Under the pieces are notes generated by a model. The model saw only the letters and a program-made list of their open reading frames with translations. It was not told the DNA's origin and did no database searches. A program made the position numbers and the translations under genes. A stretch of 64,000 nucleotides of DNA from Patescibacteria group bacterium (GTDB lineage Bacteria; Patescibacteriota; Dojkabacteria; GCA-002793355), in contig BOKM01000001.1 in assembly GCA_016860985.1 (NCBI GenBank), forward strand, positions 591,462 to 655,461. The letters are read 5' to 3'. Of this stretch, positions 51,915-61,603 are shown in pieces; within the stretch, counting starts at the first letter, position 1, and each line of letters starts with the position of its first letter.

Positions 51915-52851
51915 GATAAATCTTTATATTGCTGTCGCGTTATTCATCTTTTTTGCGGGGGTACAGCTGGTTTTCTTTCCTGATTATGCGCATGCTGCAT
52001 CATCAAGTATCGGAGTTTCCCCGTCACAGATTACGAACGATATTCTTACCCCTGGGGCAGAGTATGAAACAAAATTGACGATTTCACGTGCATCAGCAAC
52101 TATTGAAGTTGTTGCAAAGATTGAAATAAGTGGACAGGAAATCTCAAACTGGGTAACTTTTCCCGCTGGAGACAGTGTTGTAATCGCTAAGGGCGAACAA
52201 CGAAAAGAGATAACGGTCAAAATCAAGGTACCGCAAGACGCAGCCTACAGAAAATACGAAGGAAGTCTCCGTTTTACGGTAACACAGCAAACACAAGGGC
52301 AAGTTAACATTGTTCCAGGTGTTCGTGTTGATGTTAAACTCACGGTCACTGATAAAATAACGGAATCCATTAAGGTTTTGTACGTACAAGCCAAAGATTC
52401 TCCGTTTCTTGCACCATATCATGTGATGGTAAAAGTCAAGAATTTAGGAAACGCCGAAGCTTCACCTACAAAGCTAAACTTGGTAATCTTAGACATTAAT
52501 GAGAAGGAGCTGAGAACTTTATCCGCCCAGTTTAATGAAAAAGTAGCGGCGTTTAGTGAAAAAGATTATGATATTTACCTGCAAGATCCAACGCCACTTT
52601 CAATAGGAGAGTACTGGGCAAGAGTTACCGTATTTGGGGGAGAGAAAGAATTGTATTCAGATAAATTCTCCTTTAGAATTACGGAATCGACTCCATCAGT
52701 CAGTGTATCACCTTCAGTAGATAAAGGTTCAATTTTTGCAAGCAATATTTTGATGATTACCTTAGTTTTTGTGGGCATACTTACACTGGTTGGATCAATC
52801 GCGATAATCGTTGTATTTAGGCGCAAAAACAAAGATGAAGAAGGTACCTAA
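51904..52851 (+). CDS. DUF916/WxL-interacting-protein-like or pilus-chaperone-like two-Ig-domain protein with C-terminal TM
   Basis: Signal peptide, IGVSP...LTPG, WVTF, I.VP.DA....Y.G, V.N.GN, and a TM followed by RRKNK. Confidence 0.65.
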   Translation: MNGKINLYIAVALFIFFAGVQLVFFPDYAHAASSSIGVSPSQITNDILTPGAEYETKLTISRASATIEVVAKIEISGQEISNWVTFPAGDSVVIAKGEQRKEITVKIKVPQDAAYRKYEGSLRFTVTQQTQGQVNIVPGVRVDVKLTVTDKITESIKVLYVQAKDSPFLAPYHVMVKVKNLGNAEASPTKLNLVILDINEKELRTLSAQFNEKVAAFSEKDYDIYLQDPTPLSIGEYWARVTVFGGEKELYSDKFSFRITESTPSVSVSPSVDKGSIFASNILMITLVFVGILTLVGSIAIIVVFRRKNKDEEGT

Positions 52852-55800
52852 ATGGCTTGCTGTTAGTTATTCCGTTGCCTCGATTGTGGTTTTTCTTGTT
52901 ATTTCTACATTTATTCATTTTTATCCCTCACCTCCTAAATCAAATGCATGGACAGAAACCTGCACGTGGACTGGAGCAACCGGTGGTGCATGGGAAACAA
53001 GTACCAACTGGGATTGCAATAGTGTTAATAGAGTACCAACTGCAACTGATCGCGTAGTTATAGATTCTAATGTAACAGTAAATATCAACGCCACCACAAC
53101 TATAGATGATTTGGTAATTGGAAACTCAGGAGGTACAACTTCACCGATTTTAAACTTTAATTATGATGCAATTACAAACGGAGCACTTATTGTTGATGAT
53201 TCAAATGCAGTTATTTATTCAAATGCACAAGTAACGCATACGTTGGGCGCAACAGCCGAGACAGCAAAGGTCAATATAACGGTGACGAATGGTGACATGA
53301 CGGTTACTGGGAGTATAAATGTAAACGAAAAAGGGTTTCGTCCTGGATATGGAACAGGAAAGGGGAATAATGGAAATGGTGCAGGTGGTGGCGCATATGG
53401 AGGAGGTGGTGGAAGTGGTGCAAGTGCAACTGGGGGAATTCCGTATGGCTCAGCAGCGCAACCTGTTAATTATGGAAGTGGTGGTGGAACAGATGGGACA
53501 GGGCTAAACAAAGGGGCGGGAGGTGCCGCAAAAATAACGATTGGAGGAACACTAACCGTTAATGGTTCTATTACTGCAACGGGGGGAATATCAATTACTG
53601 GAACTTCAGATGTAGGGAGTGGCGCTGGCGGCAGTATTTGGATTACTGCAACAACTATAACAGGTGCGGGCTCAATAACTGCAAACGGAGGCAATGGTGG
53701 AACAGGTGGTCAGTTAGCGGGTGCGGGCGGTGGTGGTCGTGTTGCCCTTTACTACACAACCGACAGTATGAGTGGAACAGTTTCCGCAAAATCAGGAGGA
53801 ACCACAAGTGGTACTTCAGTAATTGGAGCTGCTGGGACTATATATCGAGAAGTAAATGGAGGAATCAAAACAATTTTTATAGACAATGTTGGGCAGAATA
53901 ACAACGATACCTATTCTAAAATTGAAACAGGACTGACGCTCGATACGCTGACGGTCGCGAGTTACGGGTATTTATGGCTTGACGTAACACTCACCACTAC
54001 GACACTTACGTTAGAAAATAACACAAGGCTAACTGTTGATGCCGCTGCAAACTGTACATACACCACCTTTAATCTTGGTACGCCAACAACGATTATGGAT
54101 AGGGGTGGCACATTTGCATTACTTAGCGATGGTGGTTCACTTACTGTTGCTGCCTCAAACACACTGATTGCAGATTATCCTCGTACTTATACGAGTGTCA
54201 CGATAAACGGAACACTTACCACAAGTCAGAACTCAAGTGCCGAAACTTATAAGCTTTCTCACACTACATCAGGTGACTACACAATTTCTTCAACTGGTGT
54301 AATCAACGTTAGCGAGAAAGGTTACACGCCAGGTTACGGCCCAGGCAAGGGGGTTAACGGAAATGGAGCAGGCGGTGCAGGGCATGGCGGAGGGGGCGGA
54401 AGAGGAACTAGTGCAGTTGGTGGGACAACATACGGCTCTACAACGCAACCAAATAATATAGGGAGTGGTGGCGGTACTGATGGTCTAGGGCTAAACAAAG
54501 GTGGAGGAGGGGCGGTTAAATTGGACGTTGGGGGTACGTTAACAATAAACGGTAGTATTACAGCAAATGGTGGAGCATCACTAACAGGAACAAGCGATGT
54601 TGGTGGCGGAAGTGGCGGAAGCATATGGCTTATTGCATCTACATTATCTGGTTCTGGAGCTCTTTCTGCAAATGGAGGAAATGGGGGGCCTTCAGGGCAA
54701 AACTCAGGTGCAGGTGGTGGTGGGAGAATTGCTATCTATTACACAACTGACACCTCGACGCTGACAGTGTCTGCAAAGAGTGGAACAACTGGTGGAGGAA
54801 CATGGGTTATTGGTGCTGCAGGTACAATCTACAAAGAGTCTACAGGTGGCACAAAGAGTGTGACTATAGATAATGGAAATTTAGAGAACAACGATAATTA
54901 CGCAACAATTCAATCTGGTTTAAACCTTACCACCTTGACCGTAACGAATAAGGGATCGTTATGGGCAGATAATTCAACTACAGCAACGACAGTTAATCTA
55001 ACTAACTCAGGAAAACTTGCAATAGCGTCAACTGGTAGTATCTCTTATACAAACCTAAACTGGTCAACATCTGGAATTTTAATAGATAGAGGAGGGACGT
55101 TCTCATTACTAAGTGGAGGAGCTGTACTTACTGTTCCGACAAGTACAGTGCTTTTTGCTGATACTGCAAGAACATACACGTCTGTTACTGTTGATGGAAC
55201 AGTGACGCATACAGCAAATGGTACAGCTGAAACGTATAAAACTAATCATACAACATCAGGTGACTACACAATATCGGCAACTGGATCGATTGACGTAACG
55301 GGAAAGGGGTTTGCAGGTGGGTACGGTACGGGCAAGGGAACCAACGGTAACGGTGCTGGTGGCGCTGGATATGGTGGAGAAGGTGGAAACGATGCATATG
55401 CAAATATCGCTGGAGGAACAACATATGGTTCGCTCACAAATCCACTCGATTCCGGGAGTGGTGGCGGAATTAACGAAGGTGCACAAAATTATGGAGGAGG
55501 AGTTGTGAAATTATCGATTGGGGGAACGTTGACAGTCGATGGCCCGATTTACTCTAACGGACAAGCAAATCAAGGCGGTGGGACTGACGATGTTGGTGGC
55601 GGGTCCGGCGGGTCCATCAACATTACGGCGTCAACACTTGCTGGAAATTCAACAGTCGCCGCTAATGGTACGAATGCGTATAGGTATGGAGGAGCAGGCG
55701 GTGGGGGAAGAATTGCAGTGTACTATACAAACAACACTTCTTCGATTTCCTATCAGGCATACGGAGGAACTCAGGGTGGTTCGGGGGGGAACATCGGCGC

Positions 55801-57604
55801 AGCAGGAACAATTTACCAAAAACCAGATTCTAGCAACGGAACTGTTATTGTGAACAATGGAAATCGCAATGCCGGGGCAAAAAAAACAGCGAGCTTACCA
55901 GCTAGCCTTTCCATAGCAACGCTTGATATTCTAAATTACGGGAGGTTGCACTTTACGACATCGATTACGGCAACAACAATTAATCTCTCTGCAAACGCTA
56001 CATTAGTGAATGAGGCAACGGGGACAACCGCAAATACGGAATTTAACTGGACCGGGCCTTCAATTTTATATGACAGAGGTGGTACTTTTGGGACTTTAAG
56101 TGGTGGTGGTGCGTTAAATGTTCCCACAAATACAACGCTTTATGCTGACGTGGCAAGAAGTTACAGTTCAGTAACAGTCGATGGTACTATCACTCACTCA
56201 AGCAATACGACTGCTGAGACTTATAAAATTGCGTATACCGTTACAAACAACGTGACAGTAGCCGCAGGAGGTAAAATTGATGTATCAAGCCGCGGGTATG
56301 CTTCTTCAGAAGGTACAGGGCAAGGAGTTGATCATGCTTCGGGTTCAGGTGGTGGAGGTTATGGAGGGAACGGAGGCGCAGGGCTTTCAGGTGCAGGTGG
56401 TTCATCCTATGGTTCTGCTACAGCACCTGCAAATATTGGTTCTGGAGGTGGAGCAGATGGTGCAGGAAATGGAGGGCTCGGTGGTGGAAATGTCACAATC
56501 AATGCAGGAGGAACAGTAACCATTACGGGCAGTATTCTTGCTGATGGTGGGAGTTACGTTGCAAACGACTCAGGAGGTGGAGCAGGTGGTACGATTAGTA
56601 TTAACGCCGGTACCTTTACTGGAGCTGGAACTGTGTATGCACGTGGAGGAGCTGGAAGACCCGGTACTGGAGGTGGTGGTAGCGGCGGAAGAATTGCCAT
56701 TTTTTACGCTGGTTGGGGCTGGACTGGCAATACAATGACTGATGCAGTAGCCACAAGCGGCGGAAGTGGTTATGCTACTGGTTCGGTTGGAACTGTTTAC
56801 CTAGAATCATCAAATAACTTACCTTCAGTTTCCGGTGTTGCCATAAATTCAGGGGCTGCTGCAATTGACTTAACCGCTGGGAGTTCCTTAAATGTGAGTT
56901 GTACGGGAACAGTATCAGACCTTGATGGATATTTGGATATTACCTCAGTAACGGCGGTGCTTTATCGATCAGGAGTTGGGGCTGGTGCAGCAGATAACGA
57001 CAACAATCACTATTCAAGTACCTGTTCGGGAGGAGCCGGAAGCGGGACAACGCAACCATTTACCTGTACGTTCCCCGTGTGGTTTATTGCAGATCCTACG
57101 GACGTTGGTTCAAATAATGCAGCGGACGACTGGACCTGTAAAATAACTCCATATGATGGCGATGGCACTGGAAGCGATGGAACCGATACCATTGAAATGA
57201 ACTCACTATCTGCAATATCTGTTACTCCAAGTAGTATTGATTTTAATGGAGCACTCTCCGCAGGGGGAAACTCAGGGAGTAATAACGATACGACTGAATT
57301 TTATAATATTGGCAATGTGGCCATAGACGTTGAGGTTTCTGGATCAAACTTGTGTACAGATTATCCAACTTGCGCAACTAATGTAATTAGTACGGGGAAT
57401 ATTGAGTATAAGGATACGGCGTTCACATATGGAGCAGGGATCGACCTCACAAACTCTCCTGTATTTAATGGGTACAACATTGCTAAATCGACGGTTCGAC
57501 CTTCAAACCAGTCAAGAACAACCTATTGGGGAATTGGGATACCATTATCTGTTACCTCTGGAACATATACTGGGGTTGCGACTTTTACGGCGTTACAGCA
57601 CTAA
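52835..57604 (+). CDS. Large secreted glycine-rich repeat protein with shared C-terminal module
   Basis: N-terminal TM/signal, W.G...W....NW start, four roughly 300-aa Gly-rich repeats (YGS...P...GSGGG, GGGGRIAI) and C-terminal TYWGIGIP...GTYTGVATFTA. Confidence 0.88.
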   Translation: MKKVPKWLAVSYSVASIVVFLVISTFIHFYPSPPKSNAWTETCTWTGATGGAWETSTNWDCNSVNRVPTATDRVVIDSNVTVNINATTTIDDLVIGNSGGTTSPILNFNYDAITNGALIVDDSNAVIYSNAQVTHTLGATAETAKVNITVTNGDMTVTGSINVNEKGFRPGYGTGKGNNGNGAGGGAYGGGGGSGASATGGIPYGSAAQPVNYGSGGGTDGTGLNKGAGGAAKITIGGTLTVNGSITATGGISITGTSDVGSGAGGSIWITATTITGAGSITANGGNGGTGGQLAGAGGGGRVALYYTTDSMSGTVSAKSGGTTSGTSVIGAAGTIYREVNGGIKTIFIDNVGQNNNDTYSKIETGLTLDTLTVASYGYLWLDVTLTTTTLTLENNTRLTVDAAANCTYTTFNLGTPTTIMDRGGTFALLSDGGSLTVAASNTLIADYPRTYTSVTINGTLTTSQNSSAETYKLSHTTSGDYTISSTGVINVSEKGYTPGYGPGKGVNGNGAGGAGHGGGGGRGTSAVGGTTYGSTTQPNNIGSGGGTDGLGLNKGGGGAVKLDVGGTLTINGSITANGGASLTGTSDVGGGSGGSIWLIASTLSGSGALSANGGNGGPSGQNSGAGGGGRIAIYYTTDTSTLTVSAKSGTTGGGTWVIGAAGTIYKESTGGTKSVTIDNGNLENNDNYATIQSGLNLTTLTVTNKGSLWADNSTTATTVNLTNSGKLAIASTGSISYTNLNWSTSGILIDRGGTFSLLSGGAVLTVPTSTVLFADTARTYTSVTVDGTVTHTANGTAETYKTNHTTSGDYTISATGSIDVTGKGFAGGYGTGKGTNGNGAGGAGYGGEGGNDAYANIAGGTTYGSLTNPLDSGSGGGINEGAQNYGGGVVKLSIGGTLTVDGPIYSNGQANQGGGTDDVGGGSGGSINITASTLAGNSTVAANGTNAYRYGGAGGGGRIAVYYTNNTSSISYQAYGGTQGGSGGNIGAAGTIYQKPDSSNGTVIVNNGNRNAGAKKTASLPASLSIATLDILNYGRLHFTTSITATTINLSANATLVNEATGTTANTEFNWTGPSILYDRGGTFGTLSGGGALNVPTNTTLYADVARSYSSVTVDGTITHSSNTTAETYKIAYTVTNNVTVAAGGKIDVSSRGYASSEGTGQGVDHASGSGGGGYGGNGGAGLSGAGGSSYGSATAPANIGSGGGADGAGNGGLGGGNVTINAGGTVTITGSILADGGSYVANDSGGGAGGTISINAGTFTGAGTVYARGGAGRPGTGGGGSGGRIAIFYAGWGWTGNTMTDAVATSGGSGYATGSVGTVYLESSNNLPSVSGVAINSGAAAIDLTAGSSLNVSCTGTVSDLDGYLDITSVTAVLYRSGVGAGAADNDNNHYSSTCSGGAGSGTTQPFTCTFPVWFIADPTDVGSNNAADDWTCKITPYDGDGTGSDGTDTIEMNSLSAISVTPSSIDFNGALSAGGNSGSNNDTTEFYNIGNVAIDVEVSGSNLCTDYPTCATNVISTGNIEYKDTAFTYGAGIDLTNSPVFNGYNIAKSTVRPSNQSRTTYWGIGIPLSVTSGTYTGVATFTALQH

Positions 57605-59511
57605 AGTTTTTCTCCTCCGATTCTCCAGTAGCAAATGCCTTTAATGCCGTAGTTTTGGGCAAGCTTGAGCCTATTATCTATTGCCTGCTTGTTAAGATAA
57701 TACATTACCCGTTCAACTCCGTTATACTTAAACTCTGCTCGCACTTCTTTTATCGTGCTGTCATAGGTTTCTCGATAATACGTGCTGTGGTTCTTTATGT
57801 ATGCAATATTGTCATGTTGCGGAGATATGGTGTTTTTTTGTTCGCCCGAAGAAAGTGACTGGTCGTTATTAGTTCCAGCTAGGTTTTTACTCTTTGGCTT
57901 CGGCCATCCATGTGCATACAAAGGGAGTGCAAGTACCACTTTTTCTGCGGGCATTTGGCTTAATGCGTAGCGTATCAATGTTTCGTTCCATCCGTAGGGA
58001 GAGAGAGGTCCAGGCTGTTTACTACCTTGCCCAGTAAAATCATAGGCCATGATTCTGAACTCATCTACGATTGCGCCGATTGCTTTCCAGTCCTGAGCCT
58101 CATGTGTTTGTGGGAGAAATGAGTAAATTTTTCGGTCATCAATTTTTGGGAGTGCGGTGAATACAAGCTTTTTGTTGTTTTTGTGAAGTTCATCGGCAAG
58201 TTTTGACAGAAATTGGAGGAGCTCGTCTTTATCGGAAGCATAGGTACTTTCATAGTCAAGGTCAATTCCATCGTAGCCGTTTTTGGTCACAACACTCACT
58301 ATTTCCTTGATATGCGCGTCCATGTGTTTGTTTAGTATACTGCTGAGAATGTCAGCGTCGAAGAGTGAAATTGTGGGAATTAACGTTATGTTGTTGCGCT
58401 GTACAAGATCAAGCAACACTCTGTTGTTAAGCGTCGGCTCAACATTTAAAGAACCGTTGGCTTTTGGTGTAAACCAAACAGGAGAGAGTGTACGGTACTT
58501 CTTTGGATTAGCTCTTATTGAGGTGAGTGCTGGTGTCATTCCCCAATCGGGAATCCATGACATTTCTTCCGGAATATTCGGGGAACCGTTATACGAGACA
58601 GCGTTTTCAGTGGGTAAGTCGGAGTTAAACTGGACTCTAGATTCAAAGAAGGTACTAAATATAGTGCTACCGATCTTTGGCCAAATCCTAAGTATCAATG
58701 TCAGTTGCTGTGAAGCTAAGGGAACTGTAGGTTGAAAATAGTCGCCTTTTTGGGATGTTGCAAGTTTTCCAGTGGCGAAAATTCTTGCTCCTTTCTCGTC
58801 AAGTACCTCTATGCTGTAGGCAGCTTGTGACAACAATGAGTTATCTAGTAGTGTTGAAGAACTCCAATCAAAAACAAATGTTCCGTAGGGATTTGAAACG
58901 GAGGGTAATGCTACTCCATAATAAGCCAAGAACGGGTTGAGAGCATTGTAGTAATAATCGCCGTGAGTAGTCGCTATAAGATAATCACTCTGGCATTTTT
59001 GATTTTTGATATCACAGCTAGTCTTGAAGATTTCTCGAGATTTTATGTCTCCGTTACATGTATATAATAATCCATCTGGGGTGTGTATTGATAATTCGCT
59101 GGCAGACTCAGAGTTTACTGCTTGCTCGAATATTTCACATAAATTGTCTGTGAGCTTGTCTTGGCGCGAGGTGACTTCTAGGGCAGGATACTTTTTTTGT
59201 ATGGAGAGTAAATAGTCTTCCGAAGGGGAGTCTAATAGCAGTGTGGTTATTCCTGTTGATAGCAATATCACTTCCTCAGTATTATTCGGCCAGTAGTTGT
59301 TGGGTAGGATAATTGCCTTTTTGATACTATCCTTGTTTTGCGCATTAGGAGTAGGAGTAACTATCCCGTTTTGTGATACAGGAATACTCCCTATTTGTTC
59401 GATTTGTTTTAGTTTGCCGTGCCAAAGTTTTAAATCTCCATAAACTCCGAGTGATAGCACGATCGCAAACAATAGCAGAATGCTGAAAATCTGAGCTCTT
59501 TGAGTGTTCAT
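57601..59511 (-). CDS. Membrane-anchored glycoside hydrolase family 18 protein (YaaH/YdhD-like)
   Basis: GYDGIDLDYE catalytic DxxDxDxE, IMAYD, LALPLY and GICYWRIG, with an N-terminal TM and about 300-aa extension. Confidence 0.88.
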   Translation of the reverse strand: MNTQRAQIFSILLLFAIVLSLGVYGDLKLWHGKLKQIEQIGSIPVSQNGIVTPTPNAQNKDSIKKAIILPNNYWPNNTEEVILLSTGITTLLLDSPSEDYLLSIQKKYPALEVTSRQDKLTDNLCEIFEQAVNSESASELSIHTPDGLLYTCNGDIKSREIFKTSCDIKNQKCQSDYLIATTHGDYYYNALNPFLAYYGVALPSVSNPYGTFVFDWSSSTLLDNSLLSQAAYSIEVLDEKGARIFATGKLATSQKGDYFQPTVPLASQQLTLILRIWPKIGSTIFSTFFESRVQFNSDLPTENAVSYNGSPNIPEEMSWIPDWGMTPALTSIRANPKKYRTLSPVWFTPKANGSLNVEPTLNNRVLLDLVQRNNITLIPTISLFDADILSSILNKHMDAHIKEIVSVVTKNGYDGIDLDYESTYASDKDELLQFLSKLADELHKNNKKLVFTALPKIDDRKIYSFLPQTHEAQDWKAIGAIVDEFRIMAYDFTGQGSKQPGPLSPYGWNETLIRYALSQMPAEKVVLALPLYAHGWPKPKSKNLAGTNNDQSLSSGEQKNTISPQHDNIAYIKNHSTYYRETYDSTIKEVRAEFKYNGVERVMYYLNKQAIDNRLKLAQNYGIKGICYWRIGGEKL

Positions 59512-59543
59512 ATCGTATTATAACTGATTCCTCTTTTATGGTA

Positions 59544-59572
59544 TTGCCAACACGTTTTTGGCGTGTTATAAT
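59544..59572 (+). promoter_or_regulatory. Dedicated 5S rRNA promoter
   Basis: TTGCCA, 17 bp, TATAAT with extended -10 TG, ending 5 nt before the predicted 5S 5' end. Confidence 0.75.
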
Positions 59573-59577
59573 TCTTT

Positions 59578-59693
59578 GCTTGGTGACTAGAGCGGAGTGG
59601 CACCACCCGATCCCTTTCCGAACTCGGAAGTGAAACACTCCAGCGCCGAAGATACTTGGATATTTCTCCTGGGAAAATAGGTCGTTGCCAAGC
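59578..59693 (+). rRNA. rrf: 5S rRNA (unlinked from 23S)
   Basis: GCTTGGTGAC...GTTGCCAAGC helix I and CACCCGATCCCTTTCCGAACTCGGAAGTGAAAC core, followed by a T run. Confidence 0.95.
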
Positions 59694-59784
59694 TTTTTTT
59701 TGGCCTACAAGATTTGCCGCAATGTAATGCAATCACTAAGCTTTAAAGCGGTCGCGTCTTGATGCTTTCTATACTGTTTGCCCG

Positions 59785-60882
59785 TTATGCCTGTGAAAGG
59801 ATTTCCTCTGCTTTTTCTGGTGTTTTTGCCATTCTATCGAAAAGGAGAAGTGCCTTTGCTGGATCTTTTATCTTCTTAAGGACCTTTTCAAATGGGATAT
59901 CGTGTATTTTTACCGAAAGTGTTTTAATGTGGTCAAATTCTCCGAGCTCATCGGCAAGAAAGTTGATACTCTGTGAGAGTCTAAGTAGTTTTGCTGCCGT
60001 TGGTTCAGCATCTGCATTGCTGTATGCATATTTATTTTTTAGCACGGTAACGAGCTTTTTTGAGAGTTTCTTGTCATGTAAATACTTAACGAGTAGTTGC
60101 TGTACAGTGGAGATGATGTTTTGAGCAATCATGTAGACGGAAACGATACTTGGAAGGGGAGTCATGCTAAGTGTGAGCATTACAGGCATCACGTATAGCG
60201 TTGAGGTATTTAGTGAAGAAGAAAACGCTTCTTGCATTGTTTCTGCGTCGGTTTTGGCTTCGTTTTTCTTTACTTTTGGCACTTGAGTATTCATAAGCTT
60301 CATGGATACAAGAGTTGGGAGCATGTTAGAAAGCCCAAGAATAAGGAGAAGTATTAGATATGGAATTGCGGGCGATGCGAATAATCCATTTGAAAATATG
60401 CTTCCAGGAGAGAGTAGCAGTTGTATACCAAATAAATCGGTTGCGAATGACGACTGTCCAGTTCCTTTTAATATCTGCTCAATAAATGGATATAAACCGG
60501 GCATATTTTGCGGGGTAACTCCACTTTTCGTAAAGGCAAGTACAGATTGGTATAAAGCAATAAGTACTGGAATTTGAATCAAAAAGTTAGTGAAGCAACC
60601 AAGTGGGTTGTAGTTAATTTCTTTGTACACTGCCTGTTGTGCTTGAGCCATACCTGTTGGATCGTTTTTGTACTTTTCTTTTAGCTCATCAAGACGTGGC
60701 TGAATTGATCGAATTTTTTTAGTGTCTCTATATTGTTTGGCAACCATTGGCCATAGGACTATACGAATAACAATGATGAGTATAAAGGTACTTAATCCAA
60801 GGCTCCCTGTTATCACATAAAGATAGGTAAGAAGGTTATGAATCGGTCCATAAATAAGAAAATTCCAAATGTTTCCAAGCAT
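59785..60882 (-). CDS. yidC: Membrane protein insertase YidC with C-terminal extension
   Basis: IRIVLWP, IQP.L.ELKEKYK.D, NPLGC...LIQIPVLIALY and Y....N. Lies downstream of yidD and rnpA. Confidence 0.92.
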   Translation of the reverse strand: MLGNIWNFLIYGPIHNLLTYLYVITGSLGLSTFILIIVIRIVLWPMVAKQYRDTKKIRSIQPRLDELKEKYKNDPTGMAQAQQAVYKEINYNPLGCFTNFLIQIPVLIALYQSVLAFTKSGVTPQNMPGLYPFIEQILKGTGQSSFATDLFGIQLLLSPGSIFSNGLFASPAIPYLILLLILGLSNMLPTLVSMKLMNTQVPKVKKNEAKTDAETMQEAFSSSLNTSTLYVMPVMLTLSMTPLPSIVSVYMIAQNIISTVQQLLVKYLHDKKLSKKLVTVLKNKYAYSNADAEPTAAKLLRLSQSINFLADELGEFDHIKTLSVKIHDIPFEKVLKKIKDPAKALLLFDRMAKTPEKAEEILSQA

Positions 60883-61002
60883 AGGTGTTATTTTAGGAGG
60901 TTTATGCTTTTTTAGCAAGCAGTGGCTTGACACAAAATAGAGGTGTGCTACTATGACCCTATTCGGCACTGCCCCGCTGAATATTTTTTCCCATTCAGTG
61001 AG

Positions 61003-61227
61003 TTACGGAACAGAATCAACTGTTCCGGCTTTTGTCATTATCGGATTGCAGCGAATTACTCTCCAAATTGTTAAAAAGATTCCCCAATAACTATGCTTTT
61101 TTATAGCTTCTGCACCGTATTCAGAGCAAGTAGGAATAAAACGGCATGTAGCTCTGTGGTTAACGCCGTGGTCGGGGGATAGAGTCTTTTGGTATATGGT
61201 AATGAGTTTAAGAAGAATTTTTGTCAT
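61003..61227 (-). CDS. yidD: Membrane protein insertion efficiency factor YidD
   Basis: YQ..LSP, CRFIPTCSEY..EAI, R..RCNP and D.VP. Confidence 0.95.
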   Translation of the reverse strand: MTKILLKLITIYQKTLSPDHGVNHRATCRFIPTCSEYGAEAIKKHSYWGIFLTIWRVIRCNPIMTKAGTVDSVP

Positions 61228-61564
61228 GTGCAGTGTCGTTAAAGGTGTGTTTTATTAGTTCACTGAGTTGCAACCGAGTCTCTTTTGTTATGGCAGGGGC
61301 TTTGCAAATCCACATCCAATCATATGCCTTTAATGTCTCCTTAGTTAATGATATTCGGAGTAATGCTCGGAGCACTCGCTTTATATAATTTCGTGCGACT
61401 GCCTTTGGAACAATTTTTTTTGGCACACTTACAATTATTGTGGGCTTCGCTCCGGTAGCTGTTGCGGCAGTGGGAGTGTACAATAAAAGAATTTTTTCGT
61501 GTGAAAGTTTCGTGTTATTGGCAAGAATTCTTTGTCCAACTTTTTGTTTCTCAGAGAGTTTCAT
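61208..61564 (-). CDS. rnpA: Ribonuclease P protein component
   Basis: VSVPKKIVPKAVARNYIKRVLR (RNR-type motif), in synteny with yidD-yidC. Confidence 0.88.
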   Translation of the reverse strand: MKLSEKQKVGQRILANNTKLSHEKILLLYTPTAATATGAKPTIIVSVPKKIVPKAVARNYIKRVLRALLRISLTKETLKAYDWMWICKAPAITKETRLQLSELIKHTFNDTAHDKNSS

Positions 61565-61603
61565 TACGTTTGTATTTTACCATGTATCTGTTACAATTAC
61601 CGC

